Shown here: positions 1-6,399 of the stretch, piece after piece
How the letters are laid out: each line of letters opens with the position of its first letter
How positions within the stretch are numbered: the stretch's first letter is position 1
Origin: Candidatus Hodarchaeota archaeon
Lineage (GTDB): Archaea > Asgardarchaeota > Heimdallarchaeia > Hodarchaeales > Hodarchaeaceae
Length of the DNA stretch: 12,419 bases
NCBI GenBank assembly: GCA_029856365.1
Contig: JAHQWW010000112.1
Coordinates: forward strand, 1-12,419
Reading direction: 5' to 3'
Position numbers and translations under genes: made by a program
The notes under the pieces: generated by a model
Database searches by the model: none
The model's input: the letters and a program-made list of their open reading frames with translations, nothing else
Told to the model about the DNA's origin: nothing

Positions 1-15
1 TGAGAGAAGTAGCCA

Positions 16-792
16 ATGTTTATCTTTGGAATTGAAATCAATGAATCACTTCCCCTTTTCTTACGACTTTCCCTTTTCTTTTTAGTGGGCCTATATGTTG
101 CTCTTTCTCCTTGCCTTTTTCCTATTATGCCTTTAACTGTTTTTCGTATAATGAATAAAACAGTCATTGACGAGTTAGGTCAAGAACAACATCCCACTCG
201 AAGAATGGCTCTCCAATGGGTCATTACATTAACCAGTGGCATCCTCATAACTTTTTTTCTTGCTGTTTTTATCTCTGCTTACATTTGGAATAATTTAGGT
301 TTCTTTCTTCAGGATGTACACCTTACACTCACATTCCTCTTAGGTCTTCTTTTGCTTTTGATGGGATTATTCCTTTTATTCCCAGTTTTAGCTAAATCAA
401 CCTTCGCCCGAATTCCCATCCCTCAGAAAGTGACTAATTCTTTCCAACGTGATGAATATCGTAATCTAGATCTGTTTTTAATTGGCTTTGGTTACACATT
501 CATTGCTTTACCTTGTGCCTTCCCAGCATTTATCATATTAACAACTATTATTCCATTTATTGGGAATTTACTCTACCTAGTGATTGGAATGGGTCTTTTT
601 GCAATAGGATTATTGATACCATATCTTATTTTGGTTTTAGTGACTGCTGAAGCAAGAACCCGAGCAGCAACGGTACTTGCAGAAAAGTATCGTATTGTTG
701 AGATCATCACAGGACTCCTTGTAATAATTTTTGGCCTATTATTCATATGGCCAAGTTTTGGGGGTCCCGACATCTTTTCTTTAATTTTTTGA
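16..792 (+). CDS. ccdA: CcdA/DsbD-transmembrane family thiol-disulfide transporter (cytochrome c biogenesis protein CcdA-like)
   Basis: 258 aa, about 6 hydrophobic helices, two membrane Pro-Cys motifs (SPC33LFP and LPC167AFP) and the C-terminal 'LFAIGLLIPY...GLLVIIFG' pattern typical of CcdA. Confidence 0.85.
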   Translation: MFIFGIEINESLPLFLRLSLFFLVGLYVALSPCLFPIMPLTVFRIMNKTVIDELGQEQHPTRRMALQWVITLTSGILITFFLAVFISAYIWNNLGFFLQDVHLTLTFLLGLLLLLMGLFLLFPVLAKSTFARIPIPQKVTNSFQRDEYRNLDLFLIGFGYTFIALPCAFPAFIILTTIIPFIGNLLYLVIGMGLFAIGLLIPYLILVLVTAEARTRAATVLAEKYRIVEIITGLLVIIFGLLFIWPSFGGPDIFSLIF

Positions 793-1962
793 TAAAGTAC
801 GATTGGATTCAAATGGGAAATCCATTTTCATGAGTAAACAGTAGTTTGACGGAACTTCGTTTTGCTCCACAAACCTATCGAAGTCACAAATAGTAATGTT
901 TCCTTGAAAATTATGAACTAAATCTAAAAATTTCTCAATTCCCTTGAGTTCAGTTCCAGCGAGGCCAATCTCGTTTATTACAATCTCGTTTGTCAAAACC
1001 AGAAACAATGTTTCATACCGAGGATTCAATTTTAATTTTTTTCCCAAATCCCTGTAAGTATTTCGGGTTTCGTTCCATCCCGAAATCTGATCCTGTAGAG
1101 CATTTTGTTTCTGAATAGCCCATTCTCGTAATGTCTTTGCAGTCCATGTATTTTCTTTAAGTAATTGAGAAAAACTAGGAAGGGGAGAAGTAGAGATGAG
1201 AAGAACAAAGGGATTTTGGTTGAGGTACCTAAAAACTTGAAATACAACCTTGAAGTTAAATTTTAACTCATGATACTCTTTGAGCTCAATCCAACACTCT
1301 TTTCCTTTCCACTGCCCTATCATGTCGGGTGATAATGTTATTCCATCGAGATCTTGAAGTTGCTCTTCTGTTACATCAGTTGCTTCTTGTAGGCTCTCAA
1401 ATCCATTTTTCACCAAGAATTTACGTAAATTGCTGATACTTTTTGCTGAATGATCACTCTCGGGTGTATCTAGAATATCGTCAACATACCTTCGATTTCT
1501 AGCTCGTTTGATATACCGAGTCAGAATTTCTACTTCCTCTGTGAAGCGTTCTTCATCAGGTTTTTGTTCAATCTTATTCTGTAATTCTTCGAGATCCTCG
1601 ATACGTGGACGTAATTGCCTTTCCACCGCCTCATTCCGATAGAATATGGAGGAAAATCGGCCTTTTTTCCGATCAGTTCGTGTTGGCATTCCAAAACAGG
1701 CCCTTAAGGAGTTGGGAGTGTGGTACAACATTGGATATTCACGGACGAATTGTATCCCAGCAGCCAGTGCAATGTCTCGAAATAATTTTCTATCTGGAAC
1801 ATTCCAACGTAATGTCTCAATTGGTGAGAACTCATCAAGTCGCTTAATTAATCCGTCTAAGCGATTCTTGTGAATGCTGCGTACCCCTTTTAGTTCCTCA
1901 GGATGTTTACGTAAATAGGATTTTACTCTTCTTAGAACTGTTTTCCGTGTTTGGGGGCGCAT
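781..1962 (-). CDS. Hypothetical protein with putative PD-(D/E)XK nuclease domain
   Basis: 393-aa ORF. ATG preceded by GAGGGAG and 2 nt after the GNAT stop. Motifs: ESDH(168-171), LRKFLVKNGF helix, PD(212-213), IELK (E226, K228), QVFRY(242-246). The 3' end overlaps ccdA convergently by 12 nt. Confidence 0.6.
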   Translation of the reverse strand: MRPQTRKTVLRRVKSYLRKHPEELKGVRSIHKNRLDGLIKRLDEFSPIETLRWNVPDRKLFRDIALAAGIQFVREYPMLYHTPNSLRACFGMPTRTDRKKGRFSSIFYRNEAVERQLRPRIEDLEELQNKIEQKPDEERFTEEVEILTRYIKRARNRRYVDDILDTPESDHSAKSISNLRKFLVKNGFESLQEATDVTEEQLQDLDGITLSPDMIGQWKGKECWIELKEYHELKFNFKVVFQVFRYLNQNPFVLLISTSPLPSFSQLLKENTWTAKTLREWAIQKQNALQDQISGWNETRNTYRDLGKKLKLNPRYETLFLVLTNEIVINEIGLAGTELKGIEKFLDLVHNFQGNITICDFDRFVEQNEVPSNYCLLMKMDFPFESNRTLSKN

Positions 1963-1964
1963 TT

Positions 1965-2525
1965 TTACTCCCTCAGGTTTTTCAAATTAGCAAATTCAGT
2001 TGCAGAAATGTCCATTAGTATAATATCATGATATTGACCACTTTTGAAATATGCTTCTCGCTTTCTTCCTATCTCAACAAAACCTGCCTTTCTATAACAC
2101 GCTAAAGCTCGCTTGTTAAAAGAAAATACTTCTAATTCAATAGTATGTAAGTTAAGTGATGAAAATGCAAAGTTGAGAAGTAGCTCAATTGCTTCAGTAC
2201 CATATCCTTTATTCCAACAACTAGGGTTGAAAATAGCAACTCCTAATACTCCTCTTTGAGCAATATTATCAATTATTCGGATTTCAATGTTTCCAATGTA
2301 TTGATCTTGTTCATGAAGGAATAATCCAAAAATATATGCCTCTCCTTTTCGTCGTCTTTCCCATGTGTTACGAATCCAATCTATTTCTTCGTCTCGTGAC
2401 GCAATTCGTGTTCTAGAAAGAAATTGTTGCAATTCTGGATTATTCCAGTATTTTATCAGTTCATCTACGTCTGAAAGTTCTAATCCTCTCAATAAAATGT
2501 GTTTCCCTTGTAAAATCTCTTTCAA
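1965..2525 (-). CDS. GNAT N-acetyltransferase, RimJ/RimL (Acetyltransf_3) family
   Basis: Acetyl-CoA motif WNKGYGTEA, plus 'NLHTIELEVFSFNKRALACYRKAGF' and 'GQYHDIILM'. TTG start with AGGAG just upstream. Confidence 0.92.
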   Translation of the reverse strand: MKEILQGKHILLRGLELSDVDELIKYWNNPELQQFLSRTRIASRDEEIDWIRNTWERRRKGEAYIFGLFLHEQDQYIGNIEIRIIDNIAQRGVLGVAIFNPSCWNKGYGTEAIELLLNFAFSSLNLHTIELEVFSFNKRALACYRKAGFVEIGRKREAYFKSGQYHDIILMDISATEFANLKNLRE

Positions 2526-2708
2526 CTCTCCTAAATAGAGCTACATTGAGTCTCCCAGGTCAATGAATGAGAATTAAAGAAAATCGACTAATTCTGTGCA
2601 TTTAGTTTTCACTTACTCTTTTAAGATCAAATATTATAAATCTTCCAAAAAGGTTTTGAATCCTCTAAATGAATATTTCTGTGTTCAGAAAAAAAGGTGT
2701 CTTCTTCA

Positions 2709-3779
2709 ATGCCACCCCCCTTGTTGTTTCAGGAATATCCATCTTTGGATGGGGTTGTTCCTTGGATACCGTTAGTCAATAGTTTTACTCCCGTAGAACG
2801 CTTGTCAAACTTAGAGACATATTTAAACACCGACACATCACTTTGGGTAAAGCAAGATAATCTTACTTCTCCAATATATGGCGGTAATAAAGTACGAAAA
2901 CTCGAGTTTATCATAGCTGATGCTTTACAAAGGAAAAAGAAAACAATAGCAACATTAGGGGGAATTGGTACGAATCACGGGTTAGCAACGACTATTTTTG
3001 GCAAGAAGAACGGATTAAATACAGTTTTATATTTAATAAAACAACCAATTACCAAACATGTTCTCGATAATCTAAAATTAGATTTCCACTATGGGGCTGA
3101 GTTGAAATATGTGAAGAATTATCTTGGGGTAGGACTTCAGTTTTATCTCCTTGATCGATTAAGACGAAAACAAACCTACTGGCTTCCTGCGGGTGGAAGT
3201 ACGCCACTCGGAATATTAGGATATGTGAATGCTACCTTGGAGTTGAAACAGCAGATCGAAAAGGGTAAACTTCCCGAGCCTGAACTTCTTTTCGTCGCTG
3301 CAGGTACCACAGGCACTATGGCAGGTCTTGAATTAGGGATTCAGCTTACTGGCTTAAAAATACGAGTTTTAGGAATTCGCGTGACAGATAGAATGGCTGC
3401 TACAGCAGGGAAAGTCAAGAGTCTCATTAAGGGTGCTCTTAAAATTCTCCATAAGGATTCTAAGTTAAGGAACTTTCAGTATAAACCGAGATTTCAACTT
3501 ATTGATCAATACTATGGTGGAAAATACGGTCGAGTAACTCCAGAGGGACAAAAAGCAGTTGACCTAATAAGACAGACAGAGGATATTTCATTGGAAACAA
3601 CTTATACAGGAAAAACGCTCGCTGCTTTTATAGATCATGTGAAAAGAGTTGAAACAACAGGGCCCATGTTATTCTGGAATACATACAATTCTGTTGATTT
3701 GTCAGCTATAGCTGATCAGGTGAATTATCAGCAGCTTCCCTCAGAATTTCATCATTTATTTATAGAAGAAGTGCAATGA
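2709..3779 (+). CDS. PLP-dependent D-cysteine desulfhydrase / ACC deaminase family enzyme (D-cysteine desulfhydrase-like)
   Basis: GGNKVRKLEF (PLP lysine), GTNH, PAGGS, AAGTTGT phosphate loop, ETTYTGK. ATG at 2709 is preferred over GTG at 2697 because AGGTG (2695-2699) lies 9 nt upstream as an SD. Confidence 0.9.
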   Translation: MPPPLLFQEYPSLDGVVPWIPLVNSFTPVERLSNLETYLNTDTSLWVKQDNLTSPIYGGNKVRKLEFIIADALQRKKKTIATLGGIGTNHGLATTIFGKKNGLNTVLYLIKQPITKHVLDNLKLDFHYGAELKYVKNYLGVGLQFYLLDRLRRKQTYWLPAGGSTPLGILGYVNATLELKQQIEKGKLPEPELLFVAAGTTGTMAGLELGIQLTGLKIRVLGIRVTDRMAATAGKVKSLIKGALKILHKDSKLRNFQYKPRFQLIDQYYGGKYGRVTPEGQKAVDLIRQTEDISLETTYTGKTLAAFIDHVKRVETTGPMLFWNTYNSVDLSAIADQVNYQQLPSEFHHLFIEEVQ

Positions 3780-3820
3780 AAGAAATAGTGCCTCCTAAGC
3801 ATTTCCTCCCCTCTTTTAGT

Positions 3821-4441
3821 TTAGGAAATCCTTCTTCGTTCAATCTCTTCTTCGACTGCTTTTAGAGTATCTTGAATCATAAGAACAGTTTCTTTAAGCT
3901 GGTTTTCTTCCATCTCAAGCTCGTTAATACTCGCATTTTTTAATAAATCAGAAAATTCTTCATCACTAAGCTCTAGTTTGGATTTTATTATTTGTAGATG
4001 AGGCCGTGGAGGTGGGCCATGGCGTGGATGTATACTAAATGCTTTAGCGAAATCTTTTCGTGCTTGTTCTAATTTTTGTGCAACTTCTAAGCCATAATCT
4101 GTTAATCGATATTTTTTAATATCTCGTTTAACCTCTTTGTCATTTTGATCTGCAGTTTCTTCGATTATTCCTTCCTCTTTGAATTGATTGAGTATTGGAT
4201 AGATAGATGCTGTTTTGGGTTCCCATCGTTCGTCTGTAATTTCTTTAATTGCCTTGGCAATGTGGTACCCATGAATTTTTTTTCTAAAAGGGCTTTCATC
4301 TGGTTTTGTATTGTTTTTATGTTGTTTCTCGTGGCATAAGAGATGTAGAATGAAAAAACGTAAACTACCTCTATGAAATCCTTGGATCCATTTCTCTACA
4401 AGGTCATCAGCAGTTTTATTATTCTCATTTTTTGATCCCAA
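3821..4441 (-). CDS. PadR-family winged-helix transcriptional regulator
   Basis: 'RGSLRFFILHLL...HGYHIAKAI...W.PKTASIYPIL...EEGII...KKYRLTDYG' matches the PadR pattern. Divergent from an ABC exporter operon. TTG start is somewhat uncertain. Confidence 0.9.
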   Translation of the reverse strand: MGSKNENNKTADDLVEKWIQGFHRGSLRFFILHLLCHEKQHKNNTKPDESPFRKKIHGYHIAKAIKEITDERWEPKTASIYPILNQFKEEGIIEETADQNDKEVKRDIKKYRLTDYGLEVAQKLEQARKDFAKAFSIHPRHGPPPRPHLQIIKSKLELSDEEFSDLLKNASINELEMEENQLKETVLMIQDTLKAVEEEIERRRIS

Positions 4442-4460
4442 ACGAAAAAAACCTTCTATT

Positions 4461-4470
4461 TTTATATATA
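4461..4470 (-). promoter_or_regulatory. Candidate TATA box for padR
   Basis: The minus strand reads TATATATAAA, 20-29 nt upstream of the TTG at 4441. This spacing fits a leaderless or short-leader archaeal transcript. Confidence 0.5.
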
Positions 4471-4495
4471 GTGAAAATTATATCCTAAATTTCAC
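4471..4495. promoter_or_regulatory. Inverted repeat, candidate PadR operator
   Basis: GTGAAAATTA-tatcc-TAAATTTCAC, 9/10 arm match, directly upstream (minus strand) of the putative padR TATA box. Confidence 0.45.
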
Positions 4496-4518
4496 CCTGT
4501 TATTCGTTGGGATAATAT

Positions 4519-4546
4519 CTAGGAAACCTATATATAGTTTTTCTAG
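4519..4546. promoter_or_regulatory. 28-bp imperfect palindrome centred on TATATATA: candidate BRE/TATA promoter and/or operator for the ABC operon
   Basis: CTAGGAAACCTATATATAGTTTTTCTAG, 12 of 14 pairs complementary. An A-rich purine BRE-like stretch precedes TATATATA on both strands. Confidence 0.55.
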
Positions 4547-4593
4547 CTATTGTTTGGATTGAAAAATAATTCAATAATACGGGAAGACAGTTT

Positions 4594-6399
4594 ATGCAAG
4601 TACCCCAGACAGTTTCAATTGATGTGCAACAGAGAAAATATACTCCAGTGCCAACAGAAAAGTATAATTCTGCTACTCATTGGTATTTAAGTTTTCTTTG
4701 GCGTAGTCCAGGCCTTGTTTTATTGAGTTTAGGAATATCTTTAATAAGTGTGTTCTTAACGCTTTTTCCCAGTATTCTTCTTGGACAAGCGTTCAGTATT
4801 CTCCAATCTGAAGGATTTTCTCAAACATTCCTTCTTATTTGTTTAGGAATAATTGTTACTGCCCTTTTAAGCTTTGGAATCACATTTGTTGCTAATTATT
4901 CGTGGACTATAGCTGCATTTAGATACGAAAGGGATATCCGGCAAGAGTTTTTCGACATTATTCAGGAACATTCCATGACTTTTCATGATGAAATTGATAG
5001 TAGTAGCCTGCTATCTATGGCTATGAACGAAATCTCTCAAATGCGGATGGGTGTTAACCCTAGTATGCGAATGCTTTCTAGTTCCTTCCTAAGTATGATA
5101 TTTATTACGATCATCTTTTTAGCTTTCGATCCTATTTACTTTCTAATTGCATTATTTGGATTTCCACTCTATCTTTTCTTGGTGGTCCGATATGCTGCAG
5201 TTATTGGGCCAATTCGTGAAGAGCTTGCATCAAGATTGGCAGTGGTAACACGCGATTCTCAGGAAATCTTTCGTGGTATTGAAGTCGTTCGAAGTTTCAA
5301 TAAAGAGGATCAAGAGAACAAAAGATTTGCTCTTGGCAGTGCTAATTATGCAGATATAGTAACAACAGAAGGACGTTTATCTGCATTCTTTTGGCCTGCA
5401 CTAGTACTGATCGCGCTAACAGCGATAATATTCGGTTTAGGATTGATTAATTTAGCTGATAATCCTACTACCATTGATACATTTACTTCATCTGTTTCTA
5501 TGTTGTTGTCACTTCAATTCCTTAATTTTATGCTCCCAATGGCAATTCTAAACATTCGAGCTGGAAAAGCCAATGCAGATCGCATCTGGTCGAAAATGAC
5601 TTGGCAGGATCCAGTCCCTGATACAGCTCAGGAAGGAGTTATTCCTGATTGGGGTGGTGAGATTGTATTTGAAGATGTGAGCTTTAGCTATAGAAGTTCG
5701 TCAAAGCCAGCATTAAAGAATATCAATCTTACAATTCCTTCTGGTTCGAGAATTGCTGTAATTGGAGGCCCAGGGTCTGGGAAATCAACCTTCCTTAAGT
5801 TACTTCTTCGCTTATATGATCCAACGGATGGTCAAATCAAAATCAACGGCACTCCTTTAACAGAAATTCCTGCTGCTGAAATTCGTCAAGGAGTCACGAT
5901 GGTTGAGCAAGAAGTATTTCTTTTTTCTGCCTCAGTAAGAGAGAATATTGCTTTTGCCAATCCTAATGCTTCAGATGAAGAAATCATCTCTGCAGCGGAG
6001 AATGCTCAAGCATTAAAATTCATTGAAAAGCTTCCCCAAGGATTTGAGACGAGGATTGGAGAGCGTGGATCAAAGCTATCTGGGGGACAAAGACAACGTA
6101 TTGCAATTGCACGAGCTATTCTAGCAGACCCAAAGGTCCTGTTACTAGACGATTCTGCCTCTGCTATTGATTCCAAAACTGAGCTTCTTCTTCGTCGGGC
6201 TCTTGATAAGCTGATGGAGGATCGAACTTCCATCGTTGTAACACAACGATTACGTACTCTTATTGAATCCGATTTTATTGTCTTATTTGATAAAGGGGAG
6301 ATTTGTGCTTATGGATCGCATGATAAAATGTTAGATTCTTGTCCTCAATACCAAATGATATTTGAAGCACTTCCAGAGGTCGTAGGAGGGCGTTTCTAA
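4594..6399 (+). CDS. ABC exporter, fused TMD-NBD half transporter, subunit with degenerate Walker B/H-loop (TM287-like)
   Basis: Hydrophobic N-terminal TMD. Walker A GGPGSGKST, Q-loop VEQE, consensus LSGGQRQR, Walker B LLLDD (E to D), switch VTQR (H to Q). Confidence 0.95.
   Translation: MQVPQTVSIDVQQRKYTPVPTEKYNSATHWYLSFLWRSPGLVLLSLGISLISVFLTLFPSILLGQAFSILQSEGFSQTFLLICLGIIVTALLSFGITFVANYSWTIAAFRYERDIRQEFFDIIQEHSMTFHDEIDSSSLLSMAMNEISQMRMGVNPSMRMLSSSFLSMIFITIIFLAFDPIYFLIALFGFPLYLFLVVRYAAVIGPIREELASRLAVVTRDSQEIFRGIEVVRSFNKEDQENKRFALGSANYADIVTTEGRLSAFFWPALVLIALTAIIFGLGLINLADNPTTIDTFTSSVSMLLSLQFLNFMLPMAILNIRAGKANADRIWSKMTWQDPVPDTAQEGVIPDWGGEIVFEDVSFSYRSSSKPALKNINLTIPSGSRIAVIGGPGSGKSTFLKLLLRLYDPTDGQIKINGTPLTEIPAAEIRQGVTMVEQEVFLFSASVRENIAFANPNASDEEIISAAENAQALKFIEKLPQGFETRIGERGSKLSGGQRQRIAIARAILADPKVLLLDDSASAIDSKTELLLRRALDKLMEDRTSIVVTQRLRTLIESDFIVLFDKGEICAYGSHDKMLDSCPQYQMIFEALPEVVGGRF

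Noticed and set aside
573-1873. Short ORFs 573-812, 1032-1247, 1605-1847 and 1646-1873
   Set aside because: They lie within or antisense to longer, better supported genes and show no recognisable motifs.
2546-2594. Short inverted repeats in the GNAT/PLP-enzyme divergent spacer (e.g. CATTGA-N10-TCAATG)
   Set aside because: Arms of only 6-7 bp with long loops in AT-rich DNA are compatible with chance.
2697-2708. GTG start proposed by the ORF track for the PLP enzyme
   Set aside because: The GTG is part of an AGGTG SD-like motif well spaced for the ATG at 2709.
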